Part shown: piece by piece, positions 1 through 12,294 of the stretch
Position numbering within the stretch: the stretch's first letter is position 1
Layout of the letters: each line of letters starts with the position of its first letter
NCBI GenBank assembly: GCA_016618085.1
Contig: JABLTG010000024.1
Coordinates: forward strand, 1 to 64,000
DNA length: 64,000 nt
Source: Neovahlkampfia damariscottae
Lineage: Eukaryota
Reading direction: 5' to 3'
The notes under the pieces: model-generated
The model's database searches: none
Told to the model about the DNA's origin: nothing
What the model saw: only the letters and a program-made list of their open reading frames with translations
Translations under genes and position numbers: made by a program

Positions 1-19
1 TTGAATGATGATATTTTAG

Positions 20-672
20 TATTTACTGGTCAAAATTAAGTTCAACAAAAACTTGTGTTCCAACGAAAGAAGTAGAATCAAATTTTAAAAAAACTGATTT
101 TATTAATTTTTACTCTGAAAAAACAGAGAATCATGATCGACTTCATCACATAAAAATCAAACAATCAATAATTTTAGATAAAATGAAACAAAAAAAAGTG
201 AAAGGAATCATTAGAATTCATTTTATTTTTCCAACAGGTGCAAAACCGAGAGCTGGTGAATCGTATTTCAAACCTGGTATTGGTGTTCCTACAAACAAAC
301 TTTTAAATATTGAAGAAATCATTATTGACATTGATAAATCAAATTTAAAAGATTCTAAAATTTTTAGTGAAGAAAACGCTAATCTTCTTTTAAAATATAT
401 GAAATGAAGAAATTATTTTACAAATCAAACACTTTGTGACCATTAAACTTTTTTTTCTTTCACATGAACTGGTGGAAATCAATTTATTCACAGAAGGTTC
501 ACGAGTTCATGTAATTATGGGAAATTATGAAGGTAAAAATTATGAAAATACTACAAAGTTAAATGATGGATTATATTCAACGAGACAACAATTTCCTTTT
601 ACAACTAAGGTGCTTTTTATTGGGAATATTGATAAATACTTAGGAGAGGGAAATGAAATTCTAACAGTTTAA
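20..672 (+). CDS. 3' part of a hypothetical protein (begins before the window; frame break near 400-440)
   Basis: Open frame from the AG acceptor at about 19 through 407, then a second ORF 436-672 in another frame with no clear intron; no recognisable motif. Confidence 0.3.
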
Positions 673-1123
673 GCTTTTGAAGCATCTTTTCACTTTGGTT
701 TTGAATAACCTTGCTTTCTACAGTGAAAGCAAATAAGTGTTTCCACTTCATTTGACTTTTCTTTTCGTCTTGTTTTGTAGACATAAATGAATTCTTTTTT
801 TTGTGGTTCCAAATTCATGAGTTCTTACTTAATCTTCTTTGTTATTGGATGGATGATCTTGTAAACTATTTCTCCGTGTACTGAAGCATTCCATTTTGTG
901 TCAATGAAATCAGATTGTTTAGTCTTAAATTCTTTTAAGGTATTCTCTGGAATATTCATTCCGATAACTTCTTTTTCATTCTGAGCTTTTTTTTTAAAGA
1001 ACCAATCAAAAACAAGAAGTGTTTCTCTCAAAAAATCAATTCAAAATATTGATCTTGTTGCCAATGTAAAAGTTTGAAATATCTTTCAAAATTTATTTTT
1101 AAATTCAACTAAACATTTAAGAA

Positions 1124-1784
1124 TTATTCAATCTTTTCTTTTCTTTCAATTTTTGGTGCAATCAAATAAATGATAAAAATAAGATAAAAAAAGACAATGA
1201 ATGAAAATTGTTGTGGTGATAAATATTCAGAAAATGAATTTAAAAATTTGAAATTTAGTTTGAACCATTCTAAAAATTTCTGGAATTTCTTCAATCTTTC
1301 AGATATATTTTCATCATTCTTCTTTACTTCGTTTTCTTCATCTTCTTCATCATCATCTTCAACATTTTTTGGTAATGAATCCCAGTCAATTCTAATGAAT
1401 GATTTTTTAACAGAATCAAATGTCAATCTTTTCCATTTTATTTTATTTTTTTTAAACATTGTAATTTTGATATATCTAGTAAATACTTTAATATCGGTTT
1501 CCTATTTTTATTAATAAATTAAAAAGTTATTACTGATGATTTAATTTCATCAAATAAAATGAAATTTGCTTCATAATTTTGACCTTTTGATTGAGCATCA
1601 ATATGAAAAGTATAATCATCAATTAAAATGTGGGGGTTTTGAACAGATACTAAATTTAAAGTAAGTGTAATTTTATCCGAAAATTGTGCCCAATAAATAA
1701 CTGGTGCTAAATCAGATGTTCTATTTTAATAGTTAATTTTCAAATTCAAAATATATACTTTTTCCATTTTCTTTCTTTTTTCAT
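1124..1784 (-). CDS. p23/CS (HSP20-like co-chaperone) domain protein with acidic stretch and C-terminal TM helix; may be spliced in-frame to ALG12
   Basis: Introns 1721-1758 and 1502-1533 give APVIYWAQFSDKITLTL...WKRLT...FIRIDWD (p23-type motifs), then DDDEEDEE and hydrophobic FSFIVFFYLIFIIYLIA. Confidence 0.7.
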
Positions 1785-3279
1785 TAAATATAATTTAGTA
1801 ACTTTTTCTATTTTTCTTTCTTTAATATTTAAACGTGAAAATCCATCAATTTTATCAATCATTTTAAACCAATTTTTGTGATAATCTGGTGTATTTGTAA
1901 TCATAAAATCATATTTAGTAAAATCATGAAATTTCTCTTCTTTTGAATAACTATTTGATTAAATTTCTTAAAATAATTACTTTAAATTTTTCAATTCTAA
2001 AAATCTATTAATTCCATTCATTGCAGCCTCTGGATTAATATGAATATTAATATTCTTCTTTTCTCCAATTTTTTGGTGTAATTTGATTAGCGCATCACCT
2101 CCATAATAATTCATTGAACTAATATATAAAATAAAACTTGAAATAAAAAATGAACAAATTAATCCCAACAAACAAATAATGAAGTAAAATTTTTGTTTTC
2201 TTTCAAAAAATGAACCTAATTGAGCAGCAGCAACTAAATTTAATAAAGGAATTGCATAAAAAATGAATCTCAACTCTTTTTTTTTGAAATAAGAAATATA
2301 TCATAGTTTTACCTTTATGTGGTAAAAATGAATACAATCCAATAAATACAATTGAACAAATTAGATAAGGTCTTGTTCTTTTATCAAAAATTCCAAGTGG
2401 TATTAATAGTAAAGAATATAACATTGATCTTGGAAGAGCAGATGAAAAATACCAATGCCATGACATTATACCCCATTCTGAACTCTTATTCAAAATTGTA
2501 TTAAAAAATAAAACTTCTCCTTCTACGAAAAAAAAAGAAAATAAAAAAAATTGAACTCTCATTACCTGGCCATAAAATTCTTCTCCAAAAAAAAGAATCA
2601 ACAAAAATTGAAAATCCTTTAAAGTTATAATTGTATGTTTTTTTTTACCTGAACCAAATAGTATTGATATTACACCTACAAAAATTCCAACAAATAAATT
2701 AATTTTTCTTGTCAATAAAGAATACAAAGCAATTGGAAAAATTAAAACAAATAATTCACCTCGAAATATTGATGCACATATTCCTAAAACTAAAAACATT
2801 CTTGGATATTGTTCATCTAACCAAAATTTAAATCCAATGAATGTTAACATCAAAGCAAAAGTATTTGGTAAAGGACGACTCATATAAAATAATAGATGAA
2901 ATTGTGAAATTAAAATCAGTGCATATGAATTTGAAGTTGCTTTTCCAAATTTATTTTTAATAGATTCTCTAAAAAGTGACTGACAAATAATACATAAAAA
3001 TCCTAAAATGAAACGAGCAAAAATTAAAATAAAAAATTTGTTTTCAGTTGAAAATAAAAATAAAAATGGTTTCATAATTGTTGAAATAATTATTGGCCCT
3101 AAAAATGTTCTCGGAACTACACCAGGAAATTCATGATGATCAAATGAGGTTAAATTTGAAGAATGATAAATTAAATCATGAACAGCTTGTATATTAAAAC
3201 TCTCTTCAACTTTAGTGAATGGACAAATAAATATATAAACTGTTAAAATTAGCAACAGTAAATAATCCAATGACTTCAT
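1746..3279 (-). CDS. ALG12: Dol-P-Man:Man7GlcNAc2-PP-Dol alpha-1,6-mannosyltransferase
   Basis: PFTKVEESFNIQAVHD, DHHEFPGVVPRTFLG, SRPLPNTFAL, WPEGEVLFFN and PHKELRFI after removing 4 short GT-AG introns. Confidence 0.93.
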
Positions 3280-3471
3280 GACAAAAACCTTGTATTCCAA
3301 TTGGTTGTTCGGAATTTATAAAAAATCTTGTAAAGTTGATTGAATTCTACATTTTTCTATTTTTAAAGAGTATTCTTCTTTTAGTTCTTGAACAGAAAAT
3401 TTTCTGTTGGATAAGTAAAATTGAAAATAGTAAGTGTATCTGATTGGCTAAGAAACTACCACAACAGAAAA

Positions 3472-4291
3472 ATGGAATCAATCGATTTTAGTTGGCAACG
3501 TGACGCTCTTGATAATCATTATACAAAATATTTCTATGTCTACGTATTTGTTGCAGTTTGTAAGAAACATTTCATTTTGACAATATTTTCACACAGTTTA
3601 CATTCCTTTCGTATTTTTAGGACCAAAACTTGTTAAAAAAGGTTTAAACTTAAAATATGTCGTGCAGTTTTCAAATTTTATTTTCGGTACATTTTCATTT
3701 GCAGGGTCAGTTGTATGCGGATATGGAATGTGGTTATTATACAGCGAAGGTGAAAACAAAACTTTCAATGAAAGAATTCTCAACACAGTATGTGATGAAA
3801 GATTCACCTCTAATTATCATGGTTATTGGATCATGTTATTTTGTGCTTCAAAAATTTTTGAATTATCAGAAACAGTAGTCAAAGTTCTTCAAAACAAAAA
3901 TATTGATTTCTTGCATTGGTATCATCATTGGGTTACATTTTTATATGCATGGCATTCATCTGTTGTTCATAGTTCAGTTGGAATGTGGATTTCTTTCATG
4001 AATTTTTTTGTACATGCATGGATGTACTTATATTATTTTTTAACTGGCATGAATATTAAACCATCATGGGGAATTATTGTTACATTTTTACAAATTGTTC
4101 AAATGTTTTTAGGATTATACTTTATTCAAGTTTCTTCGAGTTGTTCCACAGTCAATATGAATAATTATTATTTTGGAATGGCTATGTATCTCTCATATGT
4201 TTATTTATTTGTTGAATTTTTTGTTAAAAAATATATTTTGAAATCAAAAAAGAAAGTCAAACAACAAGAAGATATTAAAAAAGAAAAATGA
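3472..4291 (+). CDS. ELO/GNS1 family fatty acid elongase
   Basis: SKIFELSET, FLHWYHH histidine box, NFFVHAWMYLYY, TFLQIVQM, C-terminal KKEK; one intron near 3559-3596. Confidence 0.93.
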
Positions 4292-4324
4292 AAAAAAAAA
4301 AATAAATATTTATAAAATTTTAAA

Positions 4325-6294
4325 TTAAATTGTTGGAGTTGATTCATCTTTTTTTCTCTTTCTTATTTTTTGTCTCTTTTCATTTTTCTTTTTATTTCCA
4401 ATTGAAATTGCTTCAATGATTTTGCATCCAATTGGATTACTTTGAAATTCTTTTGAATCTTTAAAACTTTTTAATTCTTTTCTTGAAGATAAGTGCTTAA
4501 TTAAATTCTTTCTTAATTCACTTCCTCTTTTTTTTACAACCATTCTCATTAGACTTGCATTTTGAGCCCAACTTTTTTTTAATTTTTTTTATTTTAAAAC
4601 TTACCCTCCAACATCACCAATATGTATCTGTGTATACTGAGTTCTTTTATCATCTAACTTTTGAAAAATATGAGATTGAAAATCAAACATAAAATAGCAT
4701 TGAGACTTTTCGTTTAACTCGTTTTGATATTCTGATTTCTTTGCCCATTCAAATGTATCCTTTGAAAAACTTTCATGTTCACATGGTTTCCAAAGTAATA
4801 CTAATTTCTCTCCTTTTGAAACATCATAATTACAACCAATTACAACTGGATATTTTCGAATAGTGGTCATCGGAAAATTTAATTTAATATCTATCATTAA
4901 AGTACAGGCACCATGTTCTCTAAGTATAACATTCTTTTCATGAAGTTTTTCATCACTTTTTTTTTCAGATAATTCCGACATTGATTCTGTTTGGAGTGTT
5001 GTTGAGTGTTCTTTTGAGTAAAAATCTAAAATCTCTTTATAACTTCTGTCTTCTAATATCTTTATATTTTTTACATTTGGACTGTAATTTAAAATCTCTT
5101 CTGTTGAAGTAACTAATTTTGAAAAATTAAAAGTTAAAAAAAAAAATACGTAAAGCAACAACATGTTCAAATGAATAAGGTAGTATAATATCATATTTAA
5201 TAAATGTTGGTTCAGCTACACATGTTACATTGTTGATAACATTAATATCAGAAAAATAAATACTCAATTCATTTTCAATTGATTCAACTATTTTCACTAT
5301 TTTAAAACTAAATAAAAACAAACTTAATTCCCAATTTAAATCATCTTTTGAAAGTGACTTCATAAAATCAAAATCCATTTTAGTCAAGTACTCTCTTTTG
5401 AAGTCTGCATTTTGATATGGAAATTGTGCTGATTTTTTTGACTGTATAACTTCTGGATCATCTTTATATTTCAACATCATATTTAAACAATTCTTTGATC
5501 TGATGTATCTTGGTAAAATATCTCTGTACATTTCACAAAATTGAAGTTCTTTTACATGTTCAAATATTTCATCAAAAGTATCATCTATACCTAAACAAGA
5601 TGTTTCATCATTTGTATCATCTTCTTTTGTTATGAGTATTTTAAAGTTTTCAAAAATATTTTTTCTTTCTTCTTCGGATATTGGTATTTCATTTTCTGAA
5701 TCTTTTTCGATAAATTTATTTATAATCTCTTTGGTAATCCTTAATTTGTCAACATAATTTGAAGATGTTGATAAGGCCAAACATGAATTAATGAATACTT
5801 TAAAATTAATTTTTTTTTTTTTTTTTACATAAAGGTGAATAAGAGTCTAATTTAAATTCTTCACAAACAAATTCAGAAACGTCCTTATTTAGTTCTGGGT
5901 ATATGATCAAAGAATCTAAAAAGTTAAAGAGTCAATTAATAAAAATACCAAAGTTGATTTGATATTTTGATAAATCCATTTTTCGAAGTGATTTTGAATT
6001 TGATATATTTTTATTTGATCTGATTGTTTTAAAATTAGTTTTATGTGGAAGTTACTTTTTTGTTTGTGTTTCTTCATCTTTTTTTGTCAATGATTTTATT
6101 GCACTAAAAATACTCTTTTTAGGTGTTGTTTCTTTTTTTGTCATCACTGTGGTGAAAGGAGAACTGGGCGGTGAAGTGACAGATGAAGTCGGAGTTGGTG
6201 AATCAACAAAAGGTGTTTCCAAGTCAAAACCACGTTTAGCTGAATTCTTTTCTACATTTTGAATGGTCATTCTAAGGTCTTTTTTCTTAGACAT
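4325..6294 (-). CDS. RGS-like domain + START-like lipid-binding domain protein (paralog 1)
   Basis: Spliced ORFs 6052-6294, 5127-5780, 4601-5194 and 4325-4549 join in frame; RGS-like IINKFIEKDSENEIPIS...DILPRYIRS; START-like C-terminus LDDKRTQYTQIHIGDVGGW. Confidence 0.7.
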
Positions 6295-6396
6295 GTTTTG
6301 TGTCCTTCAGGTATTTTACACCTTCCAAAAACACCAATAAATTAAATATGATTGGTTGAAACAAATAGAGAATAAAAAAAAAATAAAATTTACAAA

Positions 6397-8066
6397 TTAT
6401 AAAAATAAAACACTTGATGTTCTTTTTTCTGTTTTTTTCTGTGATCCATTTGGATTTTCGAATGCTTCATAAACCATTCTACCAACAGGATCTTTTTCTA
6501 ATTCAAATCTGTAGTCTTTTACTTTCAGATTTGGTTGCTTCTTTTTAATGTGTTCAATTAAGTTTTTTCTTAAGTCAGTTCCTCTTCTCTTCAAGGCTAT
6601 TTTTGCCATTTTAGATTCATGGGTCCACCTGATTTAAAATTAAAATATTAGAAACTTTCTTTACCCTCCAAAATCACCAATATGGATTTGTGTATACATT
6701 GTTCTTTTATCATCTAATTTTGTGTATAAAAAATAAGCAAAATTAAAAATATAGTAACAAGATTTTGTTGTTTCATCTTCTAATTTTACTTCTCTCTTTT
6801 TTGACCAAATGAAATCACCTTTTTCTGGTAAAATGTCATTATGAATACAAGGTTTTGAAATCACTTCAAATTCTTCTCTTGTAGTTTTTGTATAATTTGT
6901 ACTGTAAACTAAAGGTGATATTCTTGTTGTGGTCAATGGAAAACTTAATTTCAGTTCAAAATGAGCGAGTAGCATACTTTTATTTTTTAATATTTCTTCT
7001 TCAGCATTTGGATATTTATCTAAAACATCAAAATAAGATCTGTCTTCAATAGATTTAAAACTCTTTATCGTTGGACTATATTCTAAAATATCTTTTGTGG
7101 TTGTAATTGAACAGATTACTTGTTCAAATGAAAAAGGTAAAACAATATCATATTTGAAAAAATTTAAATTTGAAAGTGTTTCTGTTGTTTGTAATACATT
7201 TATATCAGAAAAGAAAATATTCATTTCTCCGTTGATACTTTCAACTATTAGTTTGTTTTAAAATTTAAAATTCTTACGAAGTTCCCAATTTAAATCATCT
7301 TTAGCTAAAGATTTCATAAAATCATAATCTTTCTGTATTATATATTGTCTTTCAAAATCTTTTCTTGTGTATGGATATTTTATTTGTTGTTTTGTTTGCA
7401 TAACATTTGGATCAGAAATATAATTTGAAAGTTCAGTTAAACCTTTTTTTGATCTAATATATCTCGGAAAAACATCTCTTAAAATTTCGTTAAATTGAAC
7501 AGTTTGTATTTTTGAAAAAAGTTCATTAAAAATTTCATCTTCCGGAAGAGTTATATTTTCAATGATCGAATTTATATTTTCAAAATGAAATAAAACTTGT
7601 TTTCTTTCATATTTTGATAATGCAAGTTCTTTTAACGAATTCTCTTCAATAAATAGTTTAATAATCTTTTTGGCAACAACAAACTTTTCAATTTGATTTG
7701 ATAATAATTTTAATTCAAGTGTCATGTGTATGAACTCTTTTTTTTTTAAATTTATTTTTCTTACCAAGTGGAGAATAACTTTCAATTTTTAATTCTTCAC
7801 AAGTGAAATCAGAAATAGATTGGTAAAGTTTTGGATAAATAAAAAACGATTCTTGTTTTTTAAATCAATTAGATATTACCATAATTGATTGTGTATTTTT
7901 CTATGTTTAACTTTTTCAAATTTGTTGCACTCTTTCTTTTGAATAGTCCGATAGGAGAAGACAATGTAACAGGTGTTGATTCACCATTGTTTGATCTTGG
8001 TGAATTGAGAGTGTTTTCAATATTCTTAATGGAGAATTTTGAATCACTTTCTCTCTTTTTTTTCAT
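6397..8066 (-). CDS. RGS-like domain + START-like lipid-binding domain protein (paralog 2)
   Basis: Collinear with paralog 1 (IIKLFIEENSLKELALS, DVFPRYIRS, KDDLNWEL, LDDKRTMYTQIHIGDFGGW) with shared intron positions. Confidence 0.7.
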
Positions 8067-8259
8067 CAAAAAAATCAGTCAAATTGAAAAACCAATAAAA
8101 ATTTGGTGAATAAAAAAATAAAAAAAACATGGTTTTTTTGTGAAATAAATTGATTTAAAATAATTTAATTTTTTGAGAATATTTTGATTGGCTCAAAATT
8201 ATTTAAAGAATCTCAGATTTGTCATTTGATTGGTCGTTTTTACAACTAGAGAATAAAAC

Positions 8260-8920
8260 ATGAGCGGACAAGAAGTTAAACTCTTTGGAAAATGGTAAAC
8301 AAAAAATAAAACAATTGTAACATAAAACAGGACTTTCCACGATATTCAAATTGAAGACTTAAGTTTAAAAGTAATTTCCTCATTTTTTTTTTGTTAACCC
8401 AAATTATCAATAGAATTCATACATCCACACTTCAACTCCACAATATTTACCTCATACAGCTGGAAGATTCAACAAAAAAAGATTCAGAAAATCAACATGT
8501 CCAATTGTAGAACGTCTCGTAAATTCAATGATGATGCACGGAAGAAACAGTGGAAAAAAATTGAAAGCTGTTCGTATTGTTAAACACGCTTTAGAAATCA
8601 TCCACATCCTCACTGGAAAAAACCCAATCCAAGTTTTATGTGAAGCTGTTTCTCATGCAGGTCCAAGAGAAGACTCAACAAGAATTGGTGCTGGTGGTGC
8701 TGTTAGAAGACAAGCTGTTGATGTTTCACCTCTTCGTCGTGTTAACGTTGGAATTTTCCTTGTCTGTATGGGAGCAAGAAAATCAGCTTTCAGAAACGTT
8801 AAAACAATTTCTGAATGTTTAGCTGATGAAATCATTGCTACAGCTGAAAATGATGCTCAAGCAAGTTTTTCAATCAGAAAAAAAGATGAAGTAGAACGTG
8901 TTGCTAAAGCAAACAGATAA
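8260..8920 (+). CDS. RPS5: 40S ribosomal protein S5 (uS7)
   Basis: [68 protein letters not shown]; 2 introns. Confidence 0.98.
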
Positions 8921-9144
8921 ACGGTAATAATAAAAAGATTTTTCTCTGTTAATTTTCTAAAAATCACTTTTTATTTTTTTTTCGATTTCTTCCTCTTTTC
9001 TGTAATCAAAAGCTGTGATTTATCATTGTTGGAGTTTAAATCAATGGAAACGTTTCACCTATATGGTCCTAATGCATTCGTAACTTTCTTCTTAAGATCG
9101 AATTTTTTTTGCTAAAATTATCTTTCCAAAATTAATTTTCCTGG

Positions 9145-9219
9145 CCAATCAATAGAGTGAAGAAATTTTTTTCTAATTGACCAATGAGCTCAGATTTTTA
9201 AACAAACTCTTTCATTGGA
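9145..9219. promoter_or_regulatory. Triple CCAAT-box cluster upstream of H2B
   Basis: ggCCAATc at about 9145, gaCCAATg at 9181 and cATTGGac at about 9214, roughly 35 nt apart. Confidence 0.65.
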
Positions 9220-9286
9220 CAACGGTTTTTTTAAATACTCAATGAATTTCGTTTTTTAAAATCACCAAACAAAAAAAAACATAGAC

Positions 9287-9688
9287 ATGCCTCCAAAAGC
9301 TGAAAAGAAACCAAAAGCAACAAAAGCACCAAAAGAAAAAAAACCAGTAGTCGAAGGTGAAAAAAAAGCTGCACACAAAAAGAAAAGAGTTGAATCATAT
9401 GCTACATACATCTACAAAGTTTTGAAACAAGTTCACCATGATATTGGTATCTCAAATAAAGCTATGGCTATTATGAATTCATTCATTCACGATATCTTTG
9501 AAAGAATTGCTATGGAAGCTGCGAACTTAGTCAGAATTTCCGGCTCAAAAACACTTTCATCACGTGAAATTCAAACTGCTGTTAGATTAATTCTTCCTGG
9601 TGAATTGGCAAAACATGCTGTATCAGAAGGTACAAAAGCTGTTACAAAATATGACCAATCTACTGGAAGAAACCAAGAAAAAAAATAA
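9287..9688 (+). CDS. H2B: Histone H2B
   Basis: [59 protein letters not shown]; intronless. Confidence 0.98.
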   Translation: MPPKAEKKPKATKAPKEKKPVVEGEKKAAHKKKRVESYATYIYKVLKQVHHDIGISNKAMAIMNSFIHDIFERIAMEAANLVRISGSKTLSSREIQTAVRLILPGELAKHAVSEGTKAVTKYDQSTGRNQEKK

Positions 9689-9791
9689 ACTCCTAAATAA
9701 ATTTTGTAAATTTTTAAATCATAAATTGATGTTATTTTATTTAATTTCTGATTAATAATTTCTTGAAAAACAATTGGACAATTTTTTCAGA

Positions 9792-11114
9792 ATGACAAAT
9801 TGGATTGAAAATACAGTTGCTGCTTATCAAAAATTAGGAGTTGTATCATTTGATAACTCAAATAATATTAAGGGTTACACTGCATGGGTTGAAGTTCGTA
9901 TTCAAAATTTGATACACAATTACAGATTCTTTGATGAAAAACAAAAAAAAATATTTGGAAATGATGTTGTTGAAACTTGGCCTGTTGTTAAAGCAAAAGC
10001 TTACGGACATTTAATGGAAATTGTTGTTCCACCTGTTGCTTTTTTTTTAAAGTCAAAAAATCAAATACCAAAATTCTGTGTTCACAGAGCAGATGGTGCT
10101 TTTGAACTTGCAAATATTCTAAAGAAATGCGGATTTGACAATTTTTTGGTCAATATTTTATCACCTGCATTTGAAGATCAATTTGAACAATTAATATCAC
10201 CAAACTTTCAAGTTCAATTTGTTGAAAAAAGTTCTGCATTCTTGATGAATGATTTGATTGGCAAAATGAAAAAAGATGGAAAATTGGAAAAAAACTTCAA
10301 ACAAAAAATAACAATTCATATAAATTCAGGAATGAATAGGTTAGGATTTGACGTAAATTCAAGTGACGGAAAATTATTAAATCAACTTTCAACATTTGGT
10401 GAAGAAGTTAAAGAGATTTATCAAAATTGTGAAAATTTAAAAATTGAATCATTAACAACACATTTTAGTGTTGCAGATGATAAAAAATCAATTGAATTCA
10501 CACAAGGTCAATTGGATAGGCTATTAAAATCAGTTGAAAATTTAAAAGAATTAGGTTTGACAATTCCTGGAATTTCATTTGCAAATTCAAGCTGCCTCAT
10601 ATTATTAGATGATGTAATTTCAAAATATTTCAAAAAAAGAATTGAAAAATTAGGTTTAAATGTCATTGGAAGACCAGGAATTTCATTTTATGGATTACCT
10701 GCATCAGGAGACACGGTATCAGATGAAATTAAACTTGTAGGAGAAAGAATAGCATGCAAAGTACAGCAAGTAAGATTTTTAAATAAAGGAGAAACTGTGA
10801 GTTATGGAAATACTCCTGTTCCTGAAGATGGTTATTATGCCACAATACCAATGGGTTACGGAGATGGAGTTAGAAGAGAAACAAAAAATCCACATATTTT
10901 TTTGATAAATGGAAAAAAATGTGAAGTTATTGGAAGAGTATGTATGGATCAATGCATTGCCAAGACTGATGAAAATTGCAAGTTTGGAGATAGAGCTTTA
11001 TTTTTAGGTGATGAATTATCAATTTTGGATGTTGTTGAAAGAACAGAGACAATTTCATATACAATTTTGACGGCAATGCCTTCAAGACCTCAAAGAATTG
11101 CAATTTTGGAATAA
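9792..11114 (+). CDS. alr: Alanine racemase family (fold-type III PLP enzyme), bacterial type
   Basis: VVKAKAYGH (PLP lysine), NSGMNRLG, THFSVAD, RPGISFYG, VSYG (catalytic Tyr), GYGDG, GRVCMDQ; intronless. Confidence 0.92.
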   Translation: MTNWIENTVAAYQKLGVVSFDNSNNIKGYTAWVEVRIQNLIHNYRFFDEKQKKIFGNDVVETWPVVKAKAYGHLMEIVVPPVAFFLKSKNQIPKFCVHRADGAFELANILKKCGFDNFLVNILSPAFEDQFEQLISPNFQVQFVEKSSAFLMNDLIGKMKKDGKLEKNFKQKITIHINSGMNRLGFDVNSSDGKLLNQLSTFGEEVKEIYQNCENLKIESLTTHFSVADDKKSIEFTQGQLDRLLKSVENLKELGLTIPGISFANSSCLILLDDVISKYFKKRIEKLGLNVIGRPGISFYGLPASGDTVSDEIKLVGERIACKVQQVRFLNKGETVSYGNTPVPEDGYYATIPMGYGDGVRRETKNPHIFLINGKKCEVIGRVCMDQCIAKTDENCKFGDRALFLGDELSILDVVERTETISYTILTAMPSRPQRIAILE

Positions 11115-11185
11115 AAATTTCATTGAAATGATCCTTTACTTATCATGAGAAAATGAAAAGAGAATATGAATATAAAAACTTCATT

Positions 11186-12136
11186 TTACATCCCAAATTT
11201 CTGATAGTGATGTCTATTTCCATTATTTATCAGATTCAAATTTGGATAGTTTTTTTGAATTATTTCAATTGATTCTTCATTAATATCTGTTTTTGTTAAA
11301 TTGATTTTTTTTATATTTTCATGATTTTCTATGTAAATATTATTGAAATATGCACAAGATTTGAAATTCAAAGTTTCAAGTTTTGGTAAATTGGTTGAAC
11401 TCAACATAAAAAATGTTATTCTTGTTCCACTTAAATCTAGTTCTTTTAAAATCTGATGGTTGAATACATCAAAATTCTTGAGTGCCAAACATCCATTTAA
11501 ATTCAATATTGATAAATTAGGGCAATTCTCAATGATTCTTTTTAAACATTCATCATTTAAATCTGTATGTTGTAAATACAATTCTTTCAATGTTTTGCTT
11601 TTGAATTTATATGAATTGATATTATAAGCACCTGACAATTGAATACATTTTAATCGTGGAAAATGTGAAATTATATGATTAAATGAATTTTCTGAGACCT
11701 TTCCTTCTTCTAAATATAATATTTCAATGTTTTCATGTTCAATTTCAATTTCATTAATACTTTCAACACACGACAAGTTTAATTCTATTAAATTTGGATT
11801 ATTTTTTAAAATAAATTTTATGGAATCTCCAGAAATTTGTGTTGAGTTCAAATATAAAATTTTCAAAAAATTTGATTTAATTTTTGGTGAAATTAAATTT
11901 TCACAAAAACAAAGGTCCAGGGTCTTTAATCGAGTAAAAATATTCAAAACATTTTCAAGTTGAAAATCATTAAGTTTTTCTTTTGAATCATCGGATAAAA
12001 TAATTTCTTTTGTTTGATTTCTGGATATGTTCTTAAACTGTTTTGAAACAAAATTTAATACATGTACTTTTGTGTCGTCCTCTAAAAAAGAAAAAATTTC
12101 TCCAAGCAAATCTTCATGAAGAAGTTGTAAATCCAT
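11186..12136 (-). CDS. F-box / leucine-rich repeat protein
   Basis: N-terminal LLHEDLLGEIFSFL...VSKQF F-box, then repeated LxxLxLxxC/T LRRs. Confidence 0.85.
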   Translation of the reverse strand: MDLQLLHEDLLGEIFSFLEDDTKVHVLNFVSKQFKNISRNQTKEIILSDDSKEKLNDFQLENVLNIFTRLKTLDLCFCENLISPKIKSNFLKILYLNSTQISGDSIKFILKNNPNLIELNLSCVESINEIEIEHENIEILYLEEGKVSENSFNHIISHFPRLKCIQLSGAYNINSYKFKSKTLKELYLQHTDLNDECLKRIIENCPNLSILNLNGCLALKNFDVFNHQILKELDLSGTRITFFMLSSTNLPKLETLNFKSCAYFNNIYIENHENIKKINLTKTDINEESIEIIQKNYPNLNLINNGNRHHYQKFGM

Positions 12137-12294
12137 TGAAGGACCCGATTGGCGGAAAAAAATCATCAAATAATTTTGAAATCGATGAAATTATGAATCA
12201 TGAAGATTGGAATACTAAAATTCTAACACTCCACTTTTGACTCATAAAATCTATAAAGATGATTGGTTCAGCTGTCGGCCAATTGAAAACCAAC

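Noticed and set aside
690..1031. Small minus-strand gene with an apparent intron at 795-828
   Set aside because: Canonical splicing gives only a short unrecognisable peptide, and the alternative frames need a non-AG acceptor; cannot be supported
8981..9102. Possible ncRNA between RPS5 and H2B (terminal ttcgat/atcgaa inverted repeat and small hairpins)
   Set aside because: No tRNA cloverleaf or snRNA/snoRNA/RNase P signature could be matched by eye; an Infernal/Rfam search is needed
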